Source: Lepidodermella squamata (taxonomy: Eukaryota > Animalia > Gastrotricha). Taken from it: a DNA stretch of 64,000 nucleotides. Of this stretch, positions 1-13,900 are shown piece after piece; the first letter of the stretch is position 1, and each line of letters begins with the position of its first letter. The position numbers were made by a program, and so were the translations under genes. Location of the stretch: positions 2,604,001-2,668,000 of the forward strand of contig JBLDXI010000019.1 in NCBI GenBank assembly GCA_047495785.1, in the 5' to 3' direction. The notes beneath the pieces were generated by a model. It searched no databases. It saw only the letters and a program-made list of their open reading frames with translations, and had not been told where the DNA came from.

Positions 1-2721
1 ACAGGGTTTACAGCCCACTGGCCGCCAGTAGTTGCTTTCATTGTGAAAGCAAAATCTCTTATGGGAAACGGCGGGCTTGCGAATTTGAGCCAAGGCAGAT
101 CAGCTGAGAAGTAAGTGCCATCAGTTCCATTACGTCTAAACCGTGGTCCCAGTGCGCTGTTAACGCCATCCATCCATTGGAAATTTCCATCTGTAAAATG
201 AAGTAGTGATGTAGCCTACACATCAGGGACGATAAAACCTGGGTCGTTGACATAATTATCAGCCACGCTCCAGTACGTGCTGCTATTTCCTGCTGATCGC
301 CTGGCCCAGTCCTGTAGACCTATCCAATACTCTTGGTTCGACGAGGTAAGGTTTTCGGTGACGTATTTCCATTCTGATGGCGAGTTGGGGACGAAAAAAT
401 GTGCGCCTTTTTCAGTGCATTTTTGCAGGCCGATCAAATAGTGCTCTACCACTCTAAGATAGGTGAAAAGGTTCATTTAATTCATCTTCAATAATGTCCC
501 GGAATGCTAATGCTGATGTTCTCTTGATGTTCTGTTTTTTAGGTCTAAACAACCTTAGCAAACTTTCTGGAAGTAAAACGCGATAACCTATCCACATCGA
601 TTCCAAACTAGAGAATTGCAAACGCATAATATGCATAAAAGAAAATGAAAAGATTTTATTGTTTCACTTCCCCGCGACTGAGCGTCTATACCCTATGAGG
701 AAGGCGAAGGCAAGGCAAATCAAAAGAATCAGTCATCCGCCCCCACGTCCGAGAGTATCTTGCTTTTGTTGTAAAATTCATAAATCTTCCAAATAAGTCT
801 CGATAATTTTACGCCATTCTTCTCGATCTCGTGCAGTTGTTTCGGTCCAGGCAACAGTTATTTCGATAATGTCGGTTATATTACTAACATCTTTACGAGG
901 TCTGCCATGGGACCCGTCAGTGTTTTCCTGATTATATTTTCGGTTGTAAGGCCCACTCTTCTCAGACTTCTTTCACCGAATCGAGCCACCTCGTTTGAGA
1001 AGCGTTTGAGGTCTTCCCACCGGTCTCTGTCATTCCTTAGGTACTACCAACCTGTAAAAGTCGTAGACTGGCCTCGGGTCACCTTTGTCATCGACATAAG
1101 TTTCCATCTTTATTATATGTAATAATTAAGGCCTTAATTTTCAATTAATCTACCGACCCTAATTATTCCGCCGCACATTGATTTGCATATGAAATTTGCC
1201 CACAAAAATATAATTTTCCCTCATCTTGTTGATGATCAAATATAATAAAAAATGCGTGTTTCCATTTTCCATCAACCTGATGTTACCTGTTGAAGGCTCA
1301 GTTTGAACTTACGTTTGAGCGAAGTAGCAGCTGTCGAAGCATGGATTGTACGTGTATCCAACCGGGCAATTGACAGATTGAAGGCAGGGCAATTTGCATT
1401 CGTCATTAGGAAGCGATATCGGCATGACAACGGCAGTGGCAGTAGATGTAAGGCCTGTCTTCGCAGGTAGTTGGCACCCAGCCGAAAATGAATTACTCGC
1501 AGGAATCCACCGCAAACTGCCCACTAAAGCTGAAGTATCTTTCATGGAGGAGTAATTCGGGACGTCATAAATTATGCGAGCAGCATCTTCGCTAGCATCT
1601 GTCGGTTCATCGGTACACACATCTATTCCGTCCGCTGGGATCATTGTTTCATTCCTGTCGAGCCACAAGTACGCACGGACTAATGATTTCGAGAAATATG
1701 AACTTGGTTAAACGTTATTGAAATGTACCGTTAGTGTCTTGCCACATTCCAACGTATGAATCACTGCCCATCCGCTTCACCTGAGTTCGCATGAATATGC
1801 TTACTGCCTCAGTTCGTGGGGCCCATAAATCAGCGGGAGTGGGCAGCGATCTGCAGTAGTTGTGCTGGCCCCAAAAGTTCGTACTCTGACCAGTACTTGT
1901 CAGGTAGCACATGTCGAGAAATTTTGTCCAATTACCTGTAGTTGGGCAGGTAGCGCAAGCCTTGGAGTACTCGCAAATGTAATTTTTCTCCGAATCAAAT
2001 GCTTTATCGTATTCGGCCCCCCACTGATTCGAGTAAGTCAGCCATACGGTAACAGCGTCTGATCTGGTGGTTTCAAAGAACGGAAGCCATGGCTTTGAGG
2101 CCTCGTTGTAGCTATTAGACTGCTGTGTCCACCTAGGCCCCATACCCGGTGTAGAATCATCCATCCATTGAAAAACGCCGTCTTAAAACGGATGAAAAGG
2201 TTACTATCTTGTTTTCATAGCATGTGTGTCAATCTAACCCGGATCTGTTTGATAGCCTATAGTATTGAATGGCCAGATTGCAGTCCCAGCACTTTTACGA
2301 GCCCAGTCTTGCAAGCCAAGCCAATAATTATTCGATTTGCTAAGCATCCCAGTAACATTTTGCCATTCAGCTTGCGTGTTTGGCACAAATAAATGCGCAC
2401 CGTCATTGTTACAATCTTGAACTGCAACCAAATATCTCAATTTTGCCCTTAAATAATTCAATTATTAAATGAGTTGATGAATTCAATAAATGGTGAAACG
2501 AACGTTGACACAAAGTAACAGCTGTCGAAGCAGGCTACGTACACGTAGCCGCTGGGGCAGATCTTAGTGACGTCCAACGTGCAGCTTGGACTACATGACG
2601 TGGATTGTGTAATGACCAGTTCGAAAAGTAAGGCGATCGACACACTTAGAACGACAAGTTTGGCGATAGAATATCTCCCACATATTTTCGAACTCCCGTT
2701 TTTCGAAAATTCCTTATCCAT
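1..2721 (-). CDS. Secreted multi-CTLD protein, copy A (multi-exon; 3' part runs off the window)
   Basis: ATG at 2721 (MDKEF...) followed by a hydrophobic signal stretch and the CSPSC..ICP..Y.ACFDSCY cap. Spliced ORFs 2234-2461, 1715-2164, 1309-1668 and 216-476 carry CTLD hallmarks (C..GAHL, YWLGL/WIGL, FQWMD, YICEY). Exon order is colinear with copies B-E. Confidence 0.85.
655..1110 (-). mobile_element. 3' end relic of an RTE-clade LINE in an intron of lectin gene A
   Basis: Minus-strand translation gives RPVGRPQ/RWLDSVKRSLRRVGL...RDREEWRKII, the typical RTE ORF2 C-terminus. It is broken by a small duplication (ctcaaacg) and is followed by AATAAA near 656. Confidence 0.6.
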
Positions 2722-3805
2722 CCTTGAGATATAATATCGTTCTCCTAGTTTCTCAAAGCGAATGGAATAGGCAGTCATATCTGTGACACCAACCAGAATC
2801 CCTAAAGGACGCTATTCTGTAGTAATAAATAGTGTATACAATGTTCAGCAACAACCATTCGATGTATGCCAATTAGAGGAGAAGGCTTTATGGACCCGTG
2901 AACGGACTTGATAATTTACGTATATTGTTAACACTTAACGCCGCATCACTTAAAAAACGGCAGGGGCAAGAATCTGCAAGAATTAATTATGCATTAATTA
3001 CCAAATTATCCCAAAGGAAAGCCGGGAATTATGATCTTAACGCTTGGTTTATAAATTATTGAAATTCTGCTGCCAAGCGCAACAAGCAAAAAACAACAAG
3101 CGTCGCGCAAGGCCTTCGCACACCGATTTGGTAGGATTGCAGCAGTTCTGAAGTAACTCATCGATCTGTTTCGATTTAAAAACGCTAGCTCGATAACTGC
3201 ATTGCACAGCCTACTTTTTAAAATCGTGGTATTATTCTGATGAGATCACTGTGCTGGAAATGTTCGAAAATTTAAATCCTAAATCACGGCATTCAAAAAA
3301 GCCATCCGCAAGTAATGCAAGAGATAGGAATGCATCAACCGGAAAATCGGCGTTTGGGAACCACTGTTTCATCATGTGACCTACTGTAGAACGCAGTGGC
3401 TTTGAAGCTCACATTACGTTTCCTCGAAAAACAATAATGAGTTGCATAGTAGTGTGAATTTTTCAAATGTTTGTGAAGCAAAGCATAAAAAGCTCATTTT
3501 TCCAATTCTCTGCGAGCGTCCTGTCGTACGTCTATTGGTTTATAGGATCCCGGGTTTTCATTTCACATCTCCTTCTATATCAGATTCACTTTGATGCTCG
3601 CTTTATTCAACCTTTATGAATATCAAGGACTGCTTTATTGACTACCGGATGACACTCATGCCAAAAGAAGGCACCGGAACAAACTGATTCAAAATATATG
3701 TTCAAAATATAAATAAGTTATTGAAAAAATGAGATAGAGATCAGTTCGAAAATGTCTTGGGTGATGTAAGATTAAGGTTTGCTTTCAATGTGGTCGCGCA
3801 TTGCA

Positions 3806-6788
3806 TTAGGTGGGAATACGTCCATCGATGCGCACGCGGTTTTTGACGAGTAGTTCCCAAATCCGGTCCACTGCTTTAGTGCTCACGGTAATAGCAGCTT
3901 GCGTAACAGCAGTAGTTGAGACGGTACTAGTTTGTGTCGATTGGGTAAAGCTAGTCGAAAAGGTTGAAGTAACTGCTGCCGTGCTTGTTCGAATAGTTGT
4001 CGTTAGAGAGGTCGTTGTAGTCGCTGCGATTGTTGGCGCGATAGTTGTAGATGGCCGATTCGTTGTAGTTGTAGTCATTGGAGGGATCGTCGTAGTCGCT
4101 GTGGTTGTTGTAGGAGCGCGCGTTGTAGTCGGTCTAGTCGTTGTAACTGTGGTAGTAGTGGTCGTCGGTACCGTAGTTACTGTTGTTGTGGTTGAGAATG
4201 TCGTAGTAGATGTCGTGGCTGCAGTCGTCGTACCATATTGACCTAGTGCTGCTGGTAATTGGCACATGAATTTGAAGGTTTGACCTGGCAAAGTATCGGA
4301 GCCTGCCCAGCCTCCTCTGTTGTCCATAACACCCTTGATACTTGCAACGTTCGTGTCCGCTTTTAATACCATTGCGATTCTCGTAATTTGTGGCTCCCCA
4401 TCGACCATATCAAATGTGTCTGCGGAAGAAACCGTCTGATTTGTGTCAGCCCATAGCCATGAAGAAGTAGCTTTGGAAACAAATGCGATATTTAAGAACG
4501 TTCAAATCTAATTGTCTAAGAATTACCCAAATTTCTATACAAGCCGACCCACATGTTACCAGCATTTAACCTGTTGGCTGTTGTTCTGGCGAAGATCACC
4601 AATGGCTCAGTTTTAGGCGACCAAAAATAGGAATTATTGTTTGCTGCACATTTCTGCACAGCATTTTCGAACGTCGAAGATTCATTGAAAAATCTGAAGC
4701 AATTTCCGTTGAACTTTATCCAGTTATCATTTGGGCATTTAGCACATGCCAAAGAATATTCGCAAATATAAGCACGTGGATCATTGAACGCAGTGGCAGG
4801 CCCAGCAACCCACATGCCTGCATCAGTCAATGCCATCCCGAAAGCGAAATCTCTTATGGGAAACGGCGGGCTTGAGAATTTGAGCCAAGGCAGATTTGCC
4901 GAGAAATAAGTTCCATCAGTTCCATTACGTTTGAACCTTGGTCCGAGCGCAATATTTACGCCATCCATCCATTGGAAAACTCCATCTGAAACGATATCTT
5001 TGTAATTGTGATATTATAGAAATAATCTTAACCTGGGTCATCCACGTAATTATCTGCTACGCTCCAGTAAATACTAGTATTTCCAGATGATCGCCTAGCC
5101 CAGTCCTCCAGACCTATCCAGTAGTCTTGGTTCGGCGAGGCAATCTTTTCGGTGACGTATTTCCATTCTGATGGTGAGTTGGGGACGAAATAATGCGCAC
5201 CTTTTTCCGTGCATTTCTGCAGGCCGACCAAGTAGTGCTCTGGCGATCTATGTAACATTTGTACAAATAATTCACATATAAATGCAACAATGAATCACGT
5301 GTCGAATCAAATCGCGAAGAATGATTTGTTTTCTATTTCCTTATGGCCTATGCATATTGTCTAGAGCCCATCAAAGCGAGAAGTCTCGTTGAACGTACGT
5401 TTGAGCGAAGTAGCAGCTGTCGAAGCATGGATTGTACGTGTATCCAACCGGGCAATTGACAGATTGAAGACATGGTAATTTGCAAGCATCATCAGGTATT
5501 GCAATCGGGCTTGTGATAGTTGAAGATGAAGATGAATCTGTAAGGCCTGACGTAGCAGGCAACTGGCACCCGCCAGAATATGGATCTGTGTAGTTCAGCC
5601 ACCTCAAGCTTCCATCAAAATCTGAAGGTTTCTGCATGTCTGCATAATCTTTGCCGTCAGGAGTTATGCGAGCAGTGTTTTCATAGTAGAAGCTAGGTTC
5701 CTCGAATCTTGCATCTATGGCATCGGCTGGGATCATTGTTTCATTCTTGTCGATCCACAAGTATGCTCGAGCTATAAGGGTTAACGTCAAAGATATGAAG
5801 ATTAATTTCAAATTAACGAACCATTTAAATCTTGCCACATGCCGACGTATGAATCAACGTTCAAGCGCTTTATCTGAGTTCGAATGAAGATGCTTACACC
5901 TTCTGTTCGCGGCGCCCATAGATCAGCAGGTGGTGACAGCGATCTGCAGTAGTTGTACTGGTTCCAGTAGGTTGTTACCTTGCCCGTACTTGTCAGGTAG
6001 CACGTGTCGAGAAATTTTACCCAATTAGGTGGGCAGGTTGCGCAAGCCTTTGAGTATTCGCAAATGTAATTTTTCTGAGGATCGAATTTATTCTCATATC
6101 TGGCACCCCACAGATTCGAGTAATCCAGCCATACGTTAATATCATCTGAATTGGTGCTTTCCAGGAACGGAAGCCATGTCTTAGAGGCCTCGTTGTAGCT
6201 AGAAGACTGATGTGTCCACTTTGGCCCCATTCCTGGCGTGGAGTCATCCATCCATTGAAAAATGCCGTCTAAAAATTGAAGTCTTATAACGAGGGAAACA
6301 AAGGGCTTTCGTACACACCCGGATCTGTTTTGTATCCAATCGTATTGAATGGCCAGATTGCAGTTCCTGCTGATCTGCGAGCCCAGTCTTGTAAGCCAAT
6401 CCAATAGTCATTTCCTGTGGCCAGCATACCAGTGATATTCTGCCATTCTTCTTGCGAGTTTGGCACAAACAAATGAGCACCGACATTGTTACACGTTTGA
6501 GCCGCCGTCAAATACTTCGCTTTTCCTCTAGAAAAACGAGTAATGATTACGATATAATGATGTTGTTATTGATGATGAAACAAACATTGAAACCATGTAA
6601 CAGCTGTCAAAGCAGGCTCGGTAAGTATAGTTAGGTGGGCAGATCTGGGAGACATTCAACGAGCAGCTTGGGCTGCAGGACGTGGCCTGTGAATCAACCA
6701 GTTCGGCAAGTAAGGCGATTGAAATACTCATGATGACAGAATTCAACACAAGACGATTCGAATTTCCCGTAATAAATTGTTTATCCAT
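3806..6788 (-). CDS. Secreted 4xCTLD protein with Thr-rich stalk and C-terminal tag, copy B (multi-exon)
   Basis: ORFs 6528-6788, 6284-6511, 5808-6404, 5371-5838, 5028-5258, 4516-4968 and 3806-4408 join through short GT-AG introns. The protein ends TKAVDRIWELLVKNRVRIDGRIPT*. Confidence 0.9.
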
Positions 6789-7945
6789 CTGGACCCTTAA
6801 AGGAAAATCTTATTTTCCTAGTTTTAAATTTTCATTTAGGGCTATAAGGAGAAATATTTATGCCTAAATGTTGACTAAAAGATGACTAAAAAAATTCACT
6901 ATAGGTTTAAGCGATAAAAATAATGAATTAATGAATTAAAAACACTTTTACTGTACTTATAACCGTTTTCCTCGGTCCTTCTTCGGAGCTTGGGACCTCG
7001 GTTCATGCGGTAATTTGTACAGGAAAAGTTTTTCTGTATTCCGTGCCATCCAGGATTATGTCAGACTGGCTTGAGGTATGAGCAGCATAGAATCACTTTA
7101 ACCTTACAGACATGTCAGTGCATCAGAGCCAGAAAAACTCGAAGTGCAAGCTTAATATTAAAGCCGCAATCCTTGGACAGACTTGCGCTTCGAAATAATT
7201 TATGTCTTGTTAACACCTAGTCATGCTGAGGCCTGAATCACTTGGAAGAGCGGCAGTGTACAGGAATCTGCTTCTTAATTATGCAAGAATTATACAATGA
7301 TTCTGAGAGGTAGCCGGGAATTTTGATCATAACTCACTGTTTATGAATTATTGAAATTCCGCTGTCAAGCGCAACTGTAAAAAATATGTACTACGACTTA
7401 AGAATCGCAAAACGCCGCCCAGATTAGGACAATTATGCATGAGAAGCCGTGGACAACACTTATTTGTATCCAGCATCTAGTCACCAACTAATTTGAAAAT
7501 TTTCCCAGTTCTGTACTCATACACGCGAAACTCAATGGTAAATTTATTTTAAAACGAAACTTTCCGTTTCATGCAGTGTCTTCTTATTAATCTTGGACAT
7601 TTAATCTTGGAATAAATGAGGCGGGACAGAATTTTCATCATTTTTCAATCTCCTCCGAGCGATGGAAATGTGACATTTATCAGATTAATTCGGAATGTCA
7701 TTTTCTTTATCTCCTTTCAAGTACAATTCACCATGAATGGCTTTATTCAAAATTTAATGAACATCAAGCATTGATGTTGAAACACATAGGTATAATTGAG
7801 TACTGGATATTAACAACTGAAATAAAACTAAAAATAAAACTAAAAAAATACATGAAGTTCGAAAAAGTTATCTTAGTCTTGTGTAAGATATGATTACAGT
7901 TCGCTTTGCATTATGAATGCGCGTCTAATAATGGAAAGTAGCGAC

Positions 7946-10900
7946 TCAGGTTGGAATACGTCCATCGATGCGCACCCGGTTCTTGACGAGTAGTTCCCAA
8001 ATCCGGTCCACTGCTTTAGTGCTCACGGTAATAGCAGCTTGCGTAACAGCAGTAGTTGGGACGGTAGTAGTTTGTGTCGATTGGGTGAAGCTTGTCGAAA
8101 AGGTTGAAGTACCTGCTGCCGTAATAGCAGCCGTGCTTGTTCTAATTGTTGATGTTGAAGGGGTACTTGTAATCACCTTGGTTGTTGTAGGAGCGGGCGT
8201 TGTAGTCGATGTAGTCGTTGTCACAATAGAAGTGGGGGTCGTAGTTGAGGCCATCGTTGTCGTGGTTGAGACTGTCGTAGTCGATGTCGTGGCCGCAGTT
8301 GTCGTGCCATATTGACCTGGCGTAGCTGACAATTGACACATCTGCCTTGAGGAAGATGTGTAGTTGAAGCTTGCCCAGCCTCCTCTATTATCCATAACAC
8401 CCTTGATATTCCCAACGTTTGTGTCCGGTTTTATGATCATTGCAGTTCTCGCGCTGGAAGGCTCCCCATCAACCATATCAAAGGCATCTGTGGACAAAAC
8501 CGTCTGATTGGTGTCTCCCCAAAGCCATGATGAAGTGTCTTGACAAGCAAATGCAATATTTAAGGCTCAAAACAAATATGAATAATTCGAAAAAGAAATT
8601 ACACGAATTTCGATACAAGCCGGCCATTATGTTAGTAGCGTTTATTCTGTTGGCTGTTGTTCTAGCGAAGATCAGCAATGGTTCGGTTTTAGGCGACCAT
8701 AAGTAGGAATTATCGATTGAGGTACATTTCTGAGCTCCAGTTATCAACGTTAGCGATTCATTTAAAAGTCTGAAGCAATTGTCGTTGAATTTTATCCAGG
8801 TAGCATTTGGACATTTTGCACAGGCCAGCGAATATTCGCATATGTAAGCGCGAGGCTCATTGAACGCAGAAAGAGAATTAACTGCCCACATGCCTGCATC
8901 GGTCAATGTCATCGCGAAAGCGAAATCTCTTATGGGAAACGGCGGGCTTGAGAATTTGAGCCAAGGCAGATTTGCCGAGAAATAAGTTCCATCAGTTCCA
9001 TTACGTTTGAACCTTGGTCCGAGCGCAATATTTACGCCATCCATCCATTGAAAATTTCCATCTAAAAAAAAACGCTGTATTTGCGAGCCAATATCACTGC
9101 AAGAATACAAACCTGGATCATTGACATAATCAGTTGCTACGCTCCAATACGTGCTAGTAATTCCAGCAGATCGCCTAGCCCAATCCTGTAAGCCTATCCA
9201 ATACTGCTGCGACGACGAGGCAACGTTTTCGGTGACGTATTTCCATTCTGACGGTGAGTTGGGGACGAAGTAATGCGCACCTTTTTCCGTGCATTTTTGC
9301 AGACTAATCAAATAGTGCTCCGCCACTCTGCAATTAGGCAGCATTTTAGTCATAAATTATAAACAGCCCACATTATTTTGACTTGCATGTTTAGCACTAG
9401 CATTAGTATACAACGGCAACGACAGTTAAAAAATACAATCACATCATCGCCATTCTGGATCAAAAATCCTCACTTTCTGGCAAATTCCCGCCATTTAGCG
9501 CTAATTAATGCCTCGTAGCGACGTAAACCCGAGGTCTAACTGCGTAAAAAAGAGGGCTGTGATCGAAAGAGTAATAATTTTTTTATAATTTATTTCAGCG
9601 TTATAACGCCGTTATAATTTTTTGTGGTGTCGCAATACATATTTTTTTATTATATAAACAATAATGACGATAATACACTGATGAGTGTATTTCATTGGGC
9701 CGGTTTTATTGCTAATATTCATGTGAGTGTTGTCGTCAAGGCATCAACCAGGAGAAAAATGTAGTGAATTATACTGATGGCAATAAATGGACAACAGTCA
9801 TACTGGCCTCAGATTATTTCCATAATTTTCTATCTCCTCAATTATACCGCGATAGCTTCCCTCTCGAATATTCGATATCTCAAGAAAGGATAAAAGAAGC
9901 AAACAGTTTAATCTTAATTTTTTAAGGTATTCCCTTTAGGTTACCTTTATGAGTAGAGCAAAAAAAGGTAAAAAAAGCAAGAAGAGCCGTCGTAGCTCTT
10001 CAAGCTCATCGAGTTCATCCTCATCAACAGCTTCGTCTCGTCTTGACGCTATATCTGAAGCTTCCTCGAAGAGGTCTCGTGGCAAAAATTGGACCCAGGG
10101 TGACGTGGCGGTTCTCATTTCTGTTTTAAAACAACCCTTCAATGACAAAGACTCATTCATGGCTATATTGAGCAACAAGGATCCGTCGACTCTCAAGGAT
10201 AGAGATTTGGCGACTGAGCGCCTCACGGACTTGTTTAATTCTGAGGTTCCGGACCGCAAGCGAGACCGCAAGCAAATAATCTCCAAGATAAACCAAATGA
10301 GAATCGCTGCAAGAGCCGAGATAAGTAAATATAACGCTAAGAGGTCGATATCAGGTAATGTGGAAATCGGTAATCTCTCCCCGTTTGCTGAATTGGTCCT
10401 GCAATATGAGCCTTCGACGGCCCTTCCAATCGATGGAGTGGAGGATAGCCGAGAGTTTCAGGAAGTACCTCTGAATTTGGCTCGTCGTAAAAGCCACGTG
10501 GATGTTATTCATGAGCTGCGGATGGAGGTCCTAGCCAAGGAGAAGTCGGCTTGGGAGGCTGTTGAAGCTGCGGCTAATATCCGAAAGGAGGTATTATCCA
10601 AAGAGAAATCGGCATGGGAAGCCGTCGAAGCCGCAGCAATTATCGTCGCCGAGGCGGGTAGAAGATTTTGCGAGAAATAAGAATGAATTTGAATTTTCCT
10701 AGAAGTATTTTTACTTTATTTTTAATTCCATTCTTCTCATGGCTATAGGTAATAATGCTCAGAAGTTACTACGATTATATTTCTGCCGATCGTTCACTTC
10801 GAAGAGAACGAGTTTTTAGACTGAGATCTGACGAGTTACGGAAATGGAGTGATGAAGAATTTTTCGAAAGGTACAAGTTCTCAAAGCAAACAGTTGTTGA

Positions 10901-13900
10901 GCTGGAAGAACGGTTGCGCCCCCATTTACAGCCGCGAAAGACTACCCGAAATAATGCGCTAACTAGCATGCAAGTTTTTTTGAGTGGCCTCGGCTTTTTA
11001 ACGTGCGCACCCTCGCAACGCTGCCAAGCAGATAAATTGGGCCTCCATCGTACAACGGTGTGTAAGAATGTTCACCTGGTGGTTTCTGCAATCGTTAGGC
11101 AGCTGAAAGACCATCTTAGCTTGCCCAGCCAGGCTGAAGCAAAATCTTTGGCGGAGGAAGCTTTCGGCAGAAGTGAAATCCCAGGTATACTGGGCATTGT
11201 TGATGGGACTCATATAAGAATACGACGGCCCGGAAAATGTGTACCGGACCCAGGATCATTTTGGTGCAGCCGATATAGTTAATAGCCTTTCCTTTCGAAA
11301 GCTTAATGCCTAATTAATTTATTATTTCAGACATGTATAGCATAAACTGCCTGGTGTTCGGTGATATCAACTACAAAATTAGATACGTGTGTGCAAGCTT
11401 TGCTGGTCTGGATATTTTTTTACGAGATTTCCGGAAATTTGAAACCTTCCTATCCTTTAGGTTCGGTTCATGACTCAGCTGTTCTGCGTGGAACCGATTT
11501 GCTCGAAACGGTGGAGAAGAGATATCAAAACATGCACATAATAGCTGATGGTGGCTATCCATGCCTAGAATCTCTTATAACTCCTATTGAGAACCCGAGC
11601 AACGCGGCTGAAAGAAAATTCTCGAAGCGTTTTTTGAAAATTCGACGGATAATCGAGTGCATTATTGGAATACTGAAAATGCGTTATGCGATTTTGCGCG
11701 AACACCTTTGTAGCCTGTTGCATACTGCATAACATCGCTATTGAGAAAAATGAGATAAATATTCGTTCATTGAAATGTTCGAAAACTGGCGGCGGCGATG
11801 TATCGACTTTCCAGCCTCTCGAGGGCGATGTTGAAATCAAAGCTGGATTCGCACGCCGTAAAGCTCTCATTTCACTATTCGAGTAACATGAATGAATAAA
11901 TACGTATTATCGATGAATTTGTAGTTTTTTTGAGAAAGAAATATATTTTTTTCGATAATCCTGGTCCATTCCTGCTATCCGTTCTCGTCATTCTAGTAGT
12001 TACAGTGTTCATTATTTTTTCATTTTTTTCGTAAATTTTGGTCATCCCTGTTATCCAGCTCATTCTTGTTATTCTAGTGGTTTCAGTGTTTCCTGCTTTT
12101 TTCCTTTTATCAATCAAATCGCATGCGTAATTTTCGAGTTTTCCAAGTTTTAAACGCTTAGAATTGAGCTGAAATCTGGAATTTTAAGAAAAATAGCCGT
12201 TATTCACTGCTGTTGAGCTCAATCAAACCCCAATCAGAGATCAATTGCCCTCTATACTTGCATTTTATATATTGCAGGCATTTTCTTATTTTTGTTTACA
12301 TCCAAATTAAAGAATGGGTGGCAGAAGCAGAAGCAGTTCGCGAAACGCATCGGGTCGAAAAAGAGGTGCATCTGCTGAGGATGATGCTTCAGAGGAAGCA
12401 GAGAAGAAAGTTCGAATTACTGCTAAAAACGCAACCATAACTCCGAAAAAATCCGCTGCTGAAAGCAAGGAGACCGTAGACAAAGGTGACGTCGATGAGG
12501 ACCAAGACGAAGGCGAAGAAGAGGAGGAGCAAGACGAAGAGGACGACGAGGACGAAGAAGAGGAAGAGGATAACAAAAGCAGGCGAGATCACACAGCCGC
12601 AGCGCCAAAAAGCGATGATGAGGGGCCATCATACGATGCCATTAGACGAGTGAGCGAAAAATTCCCAGTCGTTAAATCGTGGTACCGAAAACGCGAGCTC
12701 AAAAAAGTATTGAAATATATCTTCTTCCTAATTGGTCAAGATGCAAAAAGATCGGCGTGCTTTGGGAATTTATTGCTCTTCCGGCGTGAATGCTGGCCCG
12801 AATTTCCGGGGAATATAAATAGAAGCATCGATTCTGTGAATCAAATCGCTTCAAAAATTATAGCCTTGGCGAACAAAGATTTCGATGCAGCTGCCAAGAT
12901 AGTTGAAAACTGGCCGCGTGATTGACATGAACTATTTTTTGATGTGTTGACGTGATGGGTGCATTATTAAATCTCGATATAGAGGTGAAGGAAGTACAAT
13001 GCTGTGGGAGAATACGTACTTGAATGAGTAAAAGTTCGTTTAAAAATAATGATGGAAATTACCTTTGGATTTTTGTAATATGATAAGCTAGTGAAATTAG
13101 TAAACATTAGTGGCAAAAAACAGGTCATGTAAAGAGCCCCTATTTTTGCTGCGCAGCACACAAATATACATAGCTGGCTATCTTTATTATTTATTACGCA
13201 TTGCAAAAAACTTGGTAAAATTTCTTGTGATTATAACGGCGTTATAATGGTGTTATAAATTTTATTTATGTACGATCACAGCCCTCAAAGTCTATCATAC
13301 CAATCATAAGAGAAAATGAATGAATTTTGTGCAACAGCATGCGTCGACGTTGCATTACCTATGCGTGATCCATAACGGTTAGGAATGCGGCGACCCGTTG
13401 CAAGCAGTGATAAAGTTTAAAAGACTAGTAATTTTCGCAAATACAGCAACATAAAATGTGTCCATCCCTGGCAGCTCATCTGAGAGCTAAGATCGCACCC
13501 TGAGTGTGCATAATAACTATTTACGAAATTTTAAATTTTACGAAAGAGCTAATTAGAAGCGGCTATGTCGAAAGCTAGCTAGATTGAACTTACGTTGAAG
13601 CAAAGTAGCAGCTGTCAAAGCACGAATTGTACGAGTATCCGGTCGGACAGTTTACAGATTGAAGGCATGGCAATTTGCAGTCATCATCAGGAACTGTCAT
13701 AGGCTTTGTGGTAGTTGAAGTTGAAGATTTGTCCGATAGGTTTGATGTTGCAGGCAACTGGCAACCGCCCGAATACAGATCAGTATAGTTCAGCCACCTC
13801 AAACTTCCTGAAAATTCCGACGGAGACCTCATGGCTGAATAATCATTGCCATCAGTAGTTATGCGAGCAGTGTTTTCAAAGACGTAGTTAGGTTCATCGT

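Larger units (their letters stand above)
9552..13286 (+). mobile_element. PIF/Harbinger DNA transposon with three ORFs
   Basis: 14-bp TIRs GAGGGCTGTGATCG (9552-9565) and CGATCACAGCCCTC (13273-13286), flanked by AAA on both sides (compatible with a 3-bp TSD). An 18-bp subterminal inverted repeat lies at 9601-9618 and 13230-13247. It encodes a Myb/SANT protein and a HARBI1-like DDE transposase. Confidence 0.92.
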
